DNA of 64,000 nt, taken from the IMG/VR virus record IMGVR_UViG_3300017605_000956, positions 1 to 64,000 of that record. One strand, 5' to 3'. The stretch comes from a virus. The position numbers and the translations under genes are program-made. Positions within the stretch are counted from its first letter, which is position 1. The number at the start of each line of letters is the position of its first letter. The notes below the pieces were generated by a model. That model ran no database searches. It saw only the letters and a program-made list of their open reading frames with translations, and had not been told where the DNA came from. Positions 17,234 through 26,992 of the stretch are shown here, in pieces.

Positions 17234-18595
17234 ATGCCAAGGCAACCTAACATCCTCGTCGGAGACAAGATCAGGCTTCCCGACGGCCGAAGAGTGCCCA
17301 CCTTCGAGTTCATCTCGTGGTGGCGAGGACTGAGGCGTCGCTCATCTCGCACCAACCGCAAAGGCGGCCAGGCAGCTCCCACCAACATCTTCGTCGACCT
17401 CCTCACCGCGATCACCTTCGTGCCCGTCACCTACACCAACACGGTCAACGTTTCCGGTGGAGGCGCAGCACTTCAGACCGCGATCGACGCCGCTGGCCCG
17501 AACACGCGCCTTCTGGTCGCGACCGGAAATTACGACGCGATCACCATCGTCAACTGTCTCGACCTCACGATCGAGGCCGACGACGGCGCGAGCGTCACGA
17601 TCCTCGCCAGCGGTGGCGCCGGAGGCCACTGCGTCACGATTCAGGGCGGGAACGTTGGGCTCGCCATCATCGGCATCGACTTCGTCGGTGGCGGCAACGT
17701 CTCCGGCACGCAGCAGAATAACGGCCTGATCTGCGGGTCGAACACGACGACAGGCATGGCGAGCCTCTCGCGTCTTCAGATCATCAACTGCACTTTCTAC
17801 GAGCCCGGCAATCCCGCCAACGGCACGGTCGGCATCGTGCTGGTCGGAGTCAGCGGTGTCTCCCACACTGGCGTCGAGATCAGCGGCTGCACATTCACGA
17901 ACGTCGGATGCAGCACGAGCGCCGGCCTCAGCAACCTGGGCGTCATCACGGTCGCTGGCTTCGACAACTCCGTCTTCATCCGGAACTGCGCGATCTACCG
18001 TAGAGAAGTCGACATCCCTCGCATCTCGAGCTCCATGAAGGGCATCCTCGTCAACAATCTCGGGACGACGATCGAGGACGTCCTCTGCTACGACCTGGGT
18101 TCGGCAGGCAACAACGAAAACTTCATGCACGCCGCAAGCCTCAGCGCGGTGAGCGGCGGCGTGACGACTATCCGCAATTGCGTCGCCTTCCGTGCGAAGC
18201 GCGGCTTCCGCTCGAATAACAACACTGCGACGGTGACGATCTCGAACTCGGTCTGGTACCAGGACACCACGGGAGTCTCCAGCGGGCAGACGATCTTCCT
18301 CCGCAGCGCCGGCAGCATGACCGTCCACGACTGCGTGCTGTCGGGCCTGCTCGAGGGCACGGCCTTCAGCCTGACCGGAATCACCGAGGACCACAACTGC
18401 GTCTACAAGATCACGGCGGGACCTGCGCTCGACCCCACGGACACGATCCTCGATCCCACGATCTCCGACGTCGGCCTGAACGACTACCGCGTGACCGCGG
18501 AGCCGGCTCTCTCCGGAGGAACGGCCGGTCTTCCAATGGGCGTGATTTATCAGGGACCGACGGATATCATCTGGGCCGGAATACTGACGCCGTAA
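17234..18595 (+). CDS. right-handed beta-helix (pectin-lyase-like) spike or receptor-binding protein
   Basis: LQTAIDAAGP, repeated I.NC.F / I.GC.F strands; G/S/T/N-rich. Confidence 0.8.
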   Translation: MPRQPNILVGDKIRLPDGRRVPTFEFISWWRGLRRRSSRTNRKGGQAAPTNIFVDLLTAITFVPVTYTNTVNVSGGGAALQTAIDAAGPNTRLLVATGNYDAITIVNCLDLTIEADDGASVTILASGGAGGHCVTIQGGNVGLAIIGIDFVGGGNVSGTQQNNGLICGSNTTTGMASLSRLQIINCTFYEPGNPANGTVGIVLVGVSGVSHTGVEISGCTFTNVGCSTSAGLSNLGVITVAGFDNSVFIRNCAIYRREVDIPRISSSMKGILVNNLGTTIEDVLCYDLGSAGNNENFMHAASLSAVSGGVTTIRNCVAFRAKRGFRSNNNTATVTISNSVWYQDTTGVSSGQTIFLRSAGSMTVHDCVLSGLLEGTAFSLTGITEDHNCVYKITAGPALDPTDTILDPTISDVGLNDYRVTAEPALSGGTAGLPMGVIYQGPTDIIWAGILTP

Positions 18596-18619
18596 CCTGT
18601 TCACCTACGGAGGAATGGA

Positions 18620-18829
18620 ATGGCCGCGAAAGTGAAGCTCGGGTACTGTGACGCCTGCAAGCCCGTCGTCGCCCTCGCCGTGGGCGCTCTGCCCTCGGCT
18701 CCCTCGCACGTCGTCGACGGCGAGAAGCACGTCGGCAAGACCGTCGTGATCCAGGCGGAGGACGCCACGCGGAAGCCCGACGAGAAGATCCAGACCTACC
18801 TCAATCGCCTCGTCAAGAAGTACGTGTAG
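18620..18829 (+). CDS. small CxxC protein
   Basis: GGAGG RBS; YCDACK. Confidence 0.65.
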   Translation: MAAKVKLGYCDACKPVVALAVGALPSAPSHVVDGEKHVGKTVVIQAEDATRKPDEKIQTYLNRLVKKYV

Positions 18830-18832
18830 GCG

Positions 18833-18985
18833 ATGTTCGTCAACACCTGGCACTCGGACCCCTGGGGCTCGTACTGGTTCCATCGGTGGGAGAACACGCC
18901 GGCGCCGATCGTCCCGCAGTTCGTGGACAAGTTCAAGGCCTGGCGACCCCAGCAGCAGCGAGCTCGGGATGGGCTTCACTCCTGA
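18833..18985 (+). CDS. 50-aa Trp-rich hypothetical protein
   Basis: MFVNTWHSDPWGSYWFHRW...; starts 3 nt after the upstream stop. Confidence 0.45.
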   Translation: MFVNTWHSDPWGSYWFHRWENTPAPIVPQFVDKFKAWRPQQQRARDGLHS

Positions 18986-19189
18986 ACCATCAGCACGGCT
19001 CGAGGCCTCCCACCTCGAGCATCCTAATACCCACCCCGTCGCCCGAGCTCGGTCGCACTGGCCCAGCGCGGGCGATCTTGTTTCCCGACCTGGAGTTTTC
19101 TGTTTTGTGGAATCGTTTCATGAATTCTGGAATCTCGCCCAGACTGGGAGCGTTTGGAGCGTGACGACCACACCAGCACACGTACTCAC

Positions 19190-19267
19190 TACTCTCTAGA
19201 GAGTACGGTACTCTACTAGCACTCAGAGGAATACGGCTCTCTTACCAGCGTAGCTGGTAAGAGAGCC
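19190..19267. repeat. palindrome plus hairpin cluster (candidate origin or control site)
   Basis: tactctctagagagta at 19190-19205; 15-bp stem with GTA loop at 19235-19267. Confidence 0.8.
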
Positions 19268-19325
19268 AGAGGGATACGTGTAGTGTCTCTCGTCTCTCGT
19301 AGAAAGGAATGGAGGAGGAACACGT

Positions 19326-19871
19326 ATGGGATCACAGGCCGCCAGCACCGCCGAGCTCCTGCGCGAGCGCGGATACTTCGTCGAGAAGGTCGAGCAGGTC
19401 GTCCACGGGACCTTCATCAAGCGGGACTGCTTCGGGGCGTTCGACTTCATCGCGGTGAAGGCGGACGAGTCGGGAGTCACGGGCGTCCAGGTCTGCGCCA
19501 GCGATCGCAAGGCCGACCACATCGCGAAGCTCAAGGAGATCGAGGCGGTCTGGGCCTGGCTGCGCGCCGGCAACCGCATCCTCGTCCACTCGTGGAGGAA
19601 GAGGAAAGAGCGGCACCCGGTGACGAAGAACTGGAGCACGCCGCGGTGGGCCGTCATCGAGTTCCCGCTCACCGAGGAGGAGCTGCTCCCGGAGCCGGAC
19701 TGGCAGATCGTTCGGGCCAAGCTCGCCAAGATCGCGGAGGAGCGGAAGGCCGCCTCCCTCGCGAAGCGCCAGAAGACCATCGCGGAGAGGAAGGCGGTCT
19801 CGGCCGCTGCGAAGGCGGCGGCGATCCCGCCCGCGGCGCCGGTGCTGCCCGAGGCGGTGCCCGGCCTCTAA
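19326..19871 (+). CDS. PD-(D/E)XK endonuclease (Hjc/resolvase-like)
   Basis: LRERGYFVE, DCFGAFDFIAV, GVQV. Confidence 0.65.
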   Translation: MGSQAASTAELLRERGYFVEKVEQVVHGTFIKRDCFGAFDFIAVKADESGVTGVQVCASDRKADHIAKLKEIEAVWAWLRAGNRILVHSWRKRKERHPVTKNWSTPRWAVIEFPLTEEELLPEPDWQIVRAKLAKIAEERKAASLAKRQKTIAERKAVSAAAKAAAIPPAAPVLPEAVPGL

Positions 19872-20171
19872 TCCCGGGGTCCTGGGCTCGTTGGGGGCTG
19901 ACGCCCCCAACTCGCCCACCCCCTCTTTTGGGAGCCATCCCCGGCTGGCTGGCTGGCTGCCAGTCTAACGCATTGGGGCTGGGGGCGACCCAAGACCCAC
20001 CCCCACCCCTTCGACGCGCCAAATCGAAGAATAAAGCGTCACGCTGGGAGGCGTGGGGGATCTCTCTTCTCTTGGGGGTCGAGACGATGGGGGAGCCAAG
20101 GAGAGCGAGCGCAGCGGAGTCCGCGGAGCGGAGCGAGCTCGACGCGGCGAGCCCAGCGGCTCGGCCACCCA

Positions 20172-20377
20172 GCACGTGCAGAGGGGGAGGAGGAGAGAGG
20201 ACGACGGACGCACGGGACCGTACCATCGTATTCCTTCTCCCCAAAGACCTTGCACGTGCATGGGTTGAGCCGCGCGAGACGCGCGGACGCCGCGCGCTCC
20301 GCGCGCGTCGTGCGGTCTTGGGCATCCGCGCCCTCTGCACCTGCATGGGGGCTTGCAGATGCAGCCCTGCACCTGCA
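20172..20377. repeat. TGCAC[CG]TGCA repeat array 1
   Basis: copies at 20172, 20251, 20336, 20368 plus a variant at 20354. Confidence 0.8.
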
Positions 20378-20740
20378 GGAGGAGCGGAGCCAGGCGTCCG
20401 CATCGAAGGAAAGGACCAGGACGTCCGCCGGCGAAGAAGGACAAAAGAACCGCGTAAAAGAGCGCGGAGAGAAGAGAGAGGACAGAGAAAAGCGGACTGT
20501 TTCAGATCCGCTGGGGGAATCCGCTTTTCCAGTCCGCTTCTTTGTTCTTCCGCTTTGTGACGTTTTCCGTCGTTTGTGGACACTTTGCGTCAAACGTCAA
20601 AACGTCATCGCGATTTCTGGCGCGCAAATCGCGTTGCGCCCCATGGCGGGTCATTTGCAACAATGGCTCGCGTCGTTCGACAGTCTGCCCAGTATCACTG
20701 GGCGGTCGAACGAAGTCCGCGTATGGAATGGAGGTTCCAG

Positions 20741-21238
20741 ATGGCTCAGAAGAACATGGCGACCCCGGCGAAGCCCGCGTCTCCCGCTCCGGCCGCTCCC
20801 ACCACCGAGAAGGCGGCGGACCCCAAGAAGCCGACGAAGATGTCCCGCGCCAACGTCATCGCGATGATCGCGGCGGGCGTCTTCCCGGCGGACACGCTGG
20901 AGAAGATGGAGAAGCAGGGCCTCGTGACCAGCGGCGATGGTGGCGGTGAGGACATCTTCGTCCAGCTCAAGGAAGGCGGCATCGACGAGAAGCTGATCGA
21001 GAAGTTCAAGGGCGTCCTGGCGGAGGTCAACGCCGCGCTCTGGAAGGACGCGAAGACGTACATCGGGAAGAACCCGAAGCACAAGTTCACCTTCCGCGAC
21101 GACGCGAAGAAGGAGTACTCCTACGAAGCGCCCGCCGAGATCGAGCTGGCCGCGTGGGTGAAGCACTTCGACCCGAAGCAGAAGGAGAACCGCGAGGCCG
21201 CCGTGAAGGCCGCCAGCGCGACTCCCGCGAAGAGCTAA
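20741..21238 (+). CDS. hypothetical protein (isolated transcription unit)
   Basis: GGAGG RBS; strongly biased codons; own terminator. Confidence 0.8.
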   Translation: MAQKNMATPAKPASPAPAAPTTEKAADPKKPTKMSRANVIAMIAAGVFPADTLEKMEKQGLVTSGDGGGEDIFVQLKEGGIDEKLIEKFKGVLAEVNAALWKDAKTYIGKNPKHKFTFRDDAKKEYSYEAPAEIELAAWVKHFDPKQKENREAAVKAASATPAKS

Positions 21239-21245
21239 CACCGCG

Positions 21246-21282
21246 AGCGGGGTGGCGGGCAACCGCCACCCCGCTTTTTTTT
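21246..21282 (+). terminator. intrinsic terminator
   Basis: agcggggtggcgg-GCAA-ccgccaccccgct followed by a T-tract. Confidence 0.9.
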
Positions 21283-21294
21283 ATCCGCACTTCC

Positions 21295-21467
21295 TGCACC
21301 TGCATGATCCAGAGCCATCCCCATGCACCTGCAGGACCCCATGCACCTGCTACGCTGCGGAAGAAAAGAACACCGCGCACAACACGCGGAGAAAAGACCC
21401 TTTCCCACTTCGGACAAACGAACACCGCATCCCATCGCGCGCTGCACCTGCAAGGGATGCACCTGCA
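21295..21467. repeat. TGCACCTGC(A) repeat array 2
   Basis: copies at 21295, 21324, 21342, 21443, 21458. Confidence 0.85.
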
Positions 21468-21891
21468 AGAGATCCGGGGGGCCTGGCTGCGGATGTTTCG
21501 TCCGCTCGATCGACGGAGAAGAAAAGCCGCGCCTGGCAGCGCCGCGGCCGGCTCGCGGTTCTTCTTCCTCGTGGACTGGGGCGCGCAGCGGATCTCCGCG
21601 CGCGCTCGCCCAGGGGAGCTGGTTCTGCCTCGAGAATCGGCATCCGTGGCCTGGCACGGGGGGCGTTTCGCGAGGAAGAACAGCCCGACAAAGCGACTTT
21701 TCGCGCCATTTTGTGACACTTTTTGTATTTTGTATGACAGAACTTGTCATTTCTGGTCATTCTGGGTGGGGGTGGGATCTACCCCCACTATAACCCCATG
21801 ATTTCGCATGGGTTACGATTGGACGTTTTTGGACACGTTCGGCGGGTCATTTGCTGCAACCCCCATGGGTTCTATTTGGGGGGTGACGAAA

Positions 21892-22530
21892 ATGCGGTCG
21901 AGTGATGTCGAAGTGATGCGCGCCGCTGGCCTGAGCGAGGAGATCATCGCGAAGGCCTTGGCGCTGAGTCCGATCAAGACGCGGGAGCCGAGAGTGCGGA
22001 TTGACGTCTGCCCGGCGTGTGGGCAGAAGTCGATGCGCGGCGACTTCGTCTGTGGCGCGTGTAGCGCCCTCAAGGCGAAGTCCGACCGGCGCTTCTGGCA
22101 GCTCGTAGACAACCGCACCCGTGGCTTCGATGGTCGCCCCATCTACGAGAAGCCCGGCCCGCAGCAGCTCCCCGCGCAGACGCCGAAACCGGTGGCCCAC
22201 AAGATCGTCGCGCTGCGGGAGACGACGCCCACGGTTGAGCGCGAGCCCGAGCGCCGGGAGTTCCTCGTCACCGTCGGCAAGCTGGGGCGCGTGGTCGTGG
22301 CGACCAGCGCGCCGCGCGCGGCAGCGGTGGCCCACGCGATCAACGAAGACCCCGAGACCGCCGGGCACGCGATCCTCGACCTGGGCGTCACCGTGGAGCC
22401 CGAGACGGAGATCCCGGCGAAGGTGGGCAAGATGGGGGCGCCGGTCGCGGTCGAGCGCCGCTTCCGCGTCGCCGGCCCGGGAATGGAGATCGAGGTGGCG
22501 ACGAATGCCGTGACCCAGAAGCGCGGATAG
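21892..22530 (+). CDS. zinc-finger hypothetical protein
   Basis: CPACG-x8-CGAC. Confidence 0.65.
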   Translation: MRSSDVEVMRAAGLSEEIIAKALALSPIKTREPRVRIDVCPACGQKSMRGDFVCGACSALKAKSDRRFWQLVDNRTRGFDGRPIYEKPGPQQLPAQTPKPVAHKIVALRETTPTVEREPERREFLVTVGKLGRVVVATSAPRAAAVAHAINEDPETAGHAILDLGVTVEPETEIPAKVGKMGAPVAVERRFRVAGPGMEIEVATNAVTQKRG

Positions 22531-22645
22531 CGCGTCCACTCGCTCCCCACGTTCGACCCCCACAATAGATGGGGGCGAATGGGTGGGGGGCGCGATGGGT
22601 GCGCGGGGGTTGTCCCCGCGACGTGAATGTGAGGAGGTCCCAGAT

Positions 22646-23707
22646 ATGTTGAGCGTGACAAGTCCACAGTATCAGCGGATTCTGCGTACCGCTTTGGCGG
22701 CGCGGTACAAGTCGGGCAACGGAGCCTTCAACGGCTCGATCATGTTGCTGGGCGACACGGGCATCGGGAAGACCGATTCGACGGAGCACGCCTTCGACGG
22801 CGTTCTCTGCCCCCGCTGCCAGAAGCACGACGTGATCGTCCTGCCGTTCTATCTCTCGCAGATGGCGACGGAGGACATCAAGGGCCTGTACATCTACTCC
22901 CCGCAGCACGACAAGGTGAAGCTCCACCCGAACCCCGACTTCCAGCTCGACGAAGAGTGCCCGCGCGTCTACTTCCTCGACGAGTTCACGACGGTCGAGC
23001 GTCCGATGCAGAAGTCCTCGCTCGAGTTCACCCTGAAGCATTCGATCGGCGGCACGAAGCTCCCGAAGGGGTCGATCGTGGTTCTGGGCGGCAACCGGGT
23101 CGAAGACGGCGCGGACGTCGAAGACATGGTGCGCCCCCAGCGGACGCGCATGACCTTCCTCCAGTTCGAGTTCTCGTCGGAGGCGTGGTTCGACTGGGCG
23201 CTGAAGAAGGGCATCCACCCCTACGTGATCTCCTTCCTCCACAACAAGGAGTCGATGATCTACAAGCCCGACGTCAACGCGCAGCACGGCGAGCCGCTCC
23301 CCCGCACCTGGGAGAGGACGTCGGAGGTCCTGCACACGTTCGATCAGGCCGACTGGGAACCGCTCGTGAACGGCACGATCGGGGACGGCGCGGCGACCGA
23401 GTTCATGGCGTGGACCGCGACGGCCGGAACGCTGATGCCGCTCGTCGACCGGATCATCGCTGGCGAGAACATCGCGGCGCCGGAGCTGTCCGCGCAGTTC
23501 TTCATCTCGGGCGTCCTGGTGGACCGCTTCGTGAAGAACGCGAAGCTGGCGGAGCGCCTGTGCCAGTACGCGATCTGGTCGGCTGACAAGAACCCGGAGG
23601 CCGCGGCGGTGATGGTGAAGGACTCCACTCGCGTCGCGAAAGACAAGATCACCGTGGCGCCCTCGTGGAAGAAGACCGTGGCCCGCCTGGCGGACTACGT
23701 GGTCTAG
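22646..23707 (+). CDS. MoxR-like AAA+ ATPase
   Basis: GDTGIGKT (Walker A), FLDEF (Walker B), GGNR, PRTWE. Confidence 0.88.
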   Translation: MLSVTSPQYQRILRTALAARYKSGNGAFNGSIMLLGDTGIGKTDSTEHAFDGVLCPRCQKHDVIVLPFYLSQMATEDIKGLYIYSPQHDKVKLHPNPDFQLDEECPRVYFLDEFTTVERPMQKSSLEFTLKHSIGGTKLPKGSIVVLGGNRVEDGADVEDMVRPQRTRMTFLQFEFSSEAWFDWALKKGIHPYVISFLHNKESMIYKPDVNAQHGEPLPRTWERTSEVLHTFDQADWEPLVNGTIGDGAATEFMAWTATAGTLMPLVDRIIAGENIAAPELSAQFFISGVLVDRFVKNAKLAERLCQYAIWSADKNPEAAAVMVKDSTRVAKDKITVAPSWKKTVARLADYVV

Positions 23708-23806
23708 GGACGGCGAGCGACCGGGCAGCCCCGCATCCGGGGCTGGTCGCTGGCGCGACCAGCCCCCCGTGTGTGAGCCATCCGAGTCTTGAGAAAGGAG
23801 AATGGC

Positions 23807-25018
23807 GTGGACGAGATGCAGAGAATGAAGCGAGCCCGAACGATGCTCCTTCTACACTACCCCTTCTTCGGCTACTTGGCGGCGAAGCTGAAGATCGTCG
23901 AATCGACGGCGTATCCGACGATGGCGACGGACGGGCGGCACATCTTCTTCAACCCGGACTTCACGAAGAAGCTGTCCGCGAACCAGACGCTCACGGGCAT
24001 CGCCCACGAGGTCATGCACAACGCCTGCGAGCACTTCAGCCGCGCCGGCTCGCGGGACCCCGAGAAGTGGAAGAAGGCGGCGGACTACGCGATCAACCTG
24101 ATCCTGAAGGACTCGGGCTTCGCGCCGATCGACATCCCCGGCGTCTTCTCGTGGCTGCTCGACGAACAGTGGCGCGGCATGACGGCGGAGCGGATCTGCG
24201 ACACGATGCCCAGCTCCCCGCCGTGCCCGAGCTGCGTGATCGTGAAGGTGAGCGGAGGCGGGCTGCCCGGGGCCGAGTCGAACGAGGATCCTGGGGAAGA
24301 CCCCCAGAAGCAGGACCCGACGGCCCCCGACCACAGCCAGTCGAAAGATCCCATCCCCCCGCCGGTCAACTGGAAGCGGGCGCTCGTCGAGGCGGCCCAG
24401 TTCGCCAAGATGCGCGGCAAGCTCCCCGCCGGGATGGAGGAGATGGTCGACGGCATCATCCACCCGAAGGTCAACTGGAAGCAGATCATCCGGAACTCGT
24501 TCGCCGCGGCGAAGAAGACGGACTGGACGTACCGCCGACCCAACAGGCGCTACGCCCACACGGGGATCGCGATGCCGGTGCCGTTCGGGTACCGCTCGTC
24601 GGTCGAGTGGTGGGGCGACTCCTCCGGGTCGGTCGGAGCCCAGGAATGGAAGATGGGGCTCGGGATCTGCGTGGACATCGCCAAGTCGATGCGGATTCCG
24701 ATCAACGTCGGGGTCTGCGACGCGCAGGTCCACCTGTTCGAGGAGAACGTGAAGGACAACGACATCGCGAAGAGAGTGAAGTTCCTCGGTCGCGGCGGCA
24801 CCGACTTCCGTCCGATCTTCGAGCACATCACGAAGGGCAAGCGCAAGCCCGACTGCGTGGTCGTCTGGACGGACGGCTATGGGACGTTCCCGCAGAACTG
24901 GAAGCCGAAGTACCAGGTCATCTGGGCGATGCCGGAGAGCTCGGCCACGGTCAAAGTGCCGTTCGGCCGGAAGCTCCTCATCGACATGAAGAACCTGGTT
25001 GGGGCGGTGAGCGCATGA
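23807..25018 (+). CDS. VWA-domain protein with N-terminal metallopeptidase-like domain (DUF2201-type)
   Basis: TMATDG, AHEVMH, DSSGS MIDAS, GRGGTDF, WTDG. Confidence 0.88.
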   Translation: MDEMQRMKRARTMLLLHYPFFGYLAAKLKIVESTAYPTMATDGRHIFFNPDFTKKLSANQTLTGIAHEVMHNACEHFSRAGSRDPEKWKKAADYAINLILKDSGFAPIDIPGVFSWLLDEQWRGMTAERICDTMPSSPPCPSCVIVKVSGGGLPGAESNEDPGEDPQKQDPTAPDHSQSKDPIPPPVNWKRALVEAAQFAKMRGKLPAGMEEMVDGIIHPKVNWKQIIRNSFAAAKKTDWTYRRPNRRYAHTGIAMPVPFGYRSSVEWWGDSSGSVGAQEWKMGLGICVDIAKSMRIPINVGVCDAQVHLFEENVKDNDIAKRVKFLGRGGTDFRPIFEHITKGKRKPDCVVVWTDGYGTFPQNWKPKYQVIWAMPESSATVKVPFGRKLLIDMKNLVGAVSA

Positions 25019-25728
25019 TCCCGATGCGATGCTGTATCTGTGGGGAAGCCGAACGGCTCCCCGGCACCGTCGTCTGCAAGAACTGCAAGGCGGAGATCGT
25101 GCTGACCGAGGGCCAGGCGGGCCTCAAAGCCATCGAGGCGCTCCACGAGCTGCCGTCGCATACGACGGTCGCGATCGGGTCACAGCCAGGTGGCCCGATG
25201 CTCGCGAAGGCGATCAAGTGCGAGAGCTGCGGGAAGTCGGAGGTGTACAACCCTCAGAAGCGCAAGGCCTCGTACTTCTGCGATCTCTGCGGCAAGCAGC
25301 TCTGCACCGCGTGCGCCGCCTACTGCAACCACAAGGACTGGAACTATCAGGCGAAGATCGTCTGCAAGCTCTGCCGCGCCGAGACGTCGCTGACCGGGCA
25401 GCCCGTCGAAGAAGTCGAGGGCTCGCTCCCCGGCCAGGGCGACGAGGTGAAGCGTGTGCCGAAGCCCCACTGCGGTCGGGCGACGTGCGTGGAGGACCCG
25501 GAAATGACCGCGCACCCGTGCCCGACTCCAGGCTGCGACCACAAGCCCTTTTGCGAGTGCAAGTGTCCGAAGTGCCGCGAGGCTGTTGCGTCGGGATTCG
25601 TGGAGCCCATGTTCGGCAAGATGCCGCCCGACCCGGATCCGGAGCCCCCGAAGCCGCCGCCGGCACCGGACGATGAAGACCTCGAAGACGAGATGGAAGC
25701 CCATCGTCGGGAGGCGGAGCAGGCATGA
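25015..25728 (+). CDS. multi-zinc-finger protein
   Basis: many CxxC pairs; two CKxCxAExxLT motifs. Confidence 0.7.
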   Translation: MIPMRCCICGEAERLPGTVVCKNCKAEIVLTEGQAGLKAIEALHELPSHTTVAIGSQPGGPMLAKAIKCESCGKSEVYNPQKRKASYFCDLCGKQLCTACAAYCNHKDWNYQAKIVCKLCRAETSLTGQPVEEVEGSLPGQGDEVKRVPKPHCGRATCVEDPEMTAHPCPTPGCDHKPFCECKCPKCREAVASGFVEPMFGKMPPDPDPEPPKPPPAPDDEDLEDEMEAHRREAEQA

Positions 25729-26045
25729 TCCTCAGAACGAAGTGGGCCGCCGCTTACGAGGCGGTGAAAGAGCGGATCGAGAAGACCAGACCGAAGAACG
25801 TGGTCATCTTCGAGCTTGTCTGCAAGGGGCTCTATCCGCCCGACGTGCGGATGAAGGACGACGCCGACAAATGCTCGGCATGCCGCGTGTCGTGGTACAG
25901 CTTCGAGCCCGCTTTCGGACACGCGAACGGGCTCCCGCACTTCGTCGCCTGGTGCCTTGAGCACCCGACCGAAGTGCGGGAGCGGTTCCCGGAGGCGGTC
26001 ATGGTGTTGACCGAGACGACGCTCATCAAGAAGGAGGCCGTATGA
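25725..26045 (+). CDS. hypothetical protein
   Basis: ATGA overlaps on both sides. Confidence 0.65.
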   Translation: MILRTKWAAAYEAVKERIEKTRPKNVVIFELVCKGLYPPDVRMKDDADKCSACRVSWYSFEPAFGHANGLPHFVAWCLEHPTEVRERFPEAVMVLTETTLIKKEAV

Positions 26046-26785
26046 AGACGATCGCGATGATCATGCTTCCTCTGGCTCTTCAGGGATACGAAGAGTCGTC
26101 CCAGAAGCTCGCGGACGATCTGGCGAAAGCCGATACCGCCCCGGCCAAGGTCGCTGTGGCGGACGAGTTCGTGAAGCTCGCGAAGAAGTTCCCGAAGCAG
26201 CGCCAGGAGGCGATCGACGGGGCCTCAAGCGCGTACCGCGCAGCGTGGCCGGATCTGGACCCGGTGTGGAAGATGAAGACGCGGGAGCGCCTGGCTCGGC
26301 TCTACGTCCCTCTCGCTCCGGTACCGGAGAAGAAGCTGCCTGTCGCTGGCTGGGGTGCGATCAGTGGCGCGAAGGCGGACTCGTTGCGCGTCCACTCAGG
26401 ATCCGCATCGCTCCACCTGAAGATCGCGAGGAAGGATGGTGGGCTGGCCGACATGGGCGGCACCGACTTCTTCGAGGTGAAGCCGGGCAAGGAGCTCGAG
26501 CTCTCCGCCTGGGTGCTCACCGATGGGACGGATGGGCTCGACGACAAGTTCGGGTTCGTCCTCTACGATGCTGCGGGCAAGTCGCTCGTGACGAAGGAAC
26601 TCGTCGCGCCGAAGGACATTCCGGCCTGGACGCGGCTGTCTGATCGGTTCGAGGTTCCTGCCGGCGCCGTGAAGGCGAAGATCGGCATCCTCGTGTCGTC
26701 GAAGGGCGGCGATCTCTGGTGGGACGACTTCTCCGTCAAGATCGACGGCAAAGAGCAGCTCCGGAATGGGGGCTTCGAGAAATGA
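26042..26785 (+). CDS. exported protein with carbohydrate-binding (CBM4/9-like) domain
   Basis: signal-like N-terminus; VHSGSASL, VKPGKELELSAWV, LWWDDFSV, NGGFE. Confidence 0.7.
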   Translation: MKTIAMIMLPLALQGYEESSQKLADDLAKADTAPAKVAVADEFVKLAKKFPKQRQEAIDGASSAYRAAWPDLDPVWKMKTRERLARLYVPLAPVPEKKLPVAGWGAISGAKADSLRVHSGSASLHLKIARKDGGLADMGGTDFFEVKPGKELELSAWVLTDGTDGLDDKFGFVLYDAAGKSLVTKELVAPKDIPAWTRLSDRFEVPAGAVKAKIGILVSSKGGDLWWDDFSVKIDGKEQLRNGGFEK

Positions 26786-26991
26786 GCAGGAAAGAAGACC
26801 CTAACCAGTACTGGTTCTGGCTCCAGCCCCTTCCCCCGTTCGAGGTACGGTACGCCCCGAACTGGGAGGGCCGGGGTCGCGGCTTCGTCGGCCCCTTCAC
26901 GTTCCGCGCTTGCGCGGAACGTGAGAGGACCGATCGGCTTCTCGCTGGGGCGCCCCTGCGACTGATCGGGCCAAAGAGAAAGGAGCAATAG
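26782..26991 (+). CDS. hypothetical protein
   Basis: ATGA overlap. Confidence 0.5.
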   Translation: MSRKEDPNQYWFWLQPLPPFEVRYAPNWEGRGRGFVGPFTFRACAERERTDRLLAGAPLRLIGPKRKEQ

Positions 26992-26992
26992 C

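Noticed and set aside
20172-21467. CRISPR array
   Set aside because: Repeats are only 9-10 bp and irregularly spaced; no cas operon (the Cas4-like gene sits in a recombination module).
19871-21891. ORFs in the intergenic blocks other than 20741-21238
   Set aside because: Low-complexity Arg/Ala/Pro translations with atypical codon usage.
3235-25728. Long + ORFs 3235-4932, 4386-5810, 5773-7002, 7834-9492 and 23665-25728 as listed in the track
   Set aside because: Only their 3' parts are real genes; the 5' extensions are off-frame overlaps of upstream genes.
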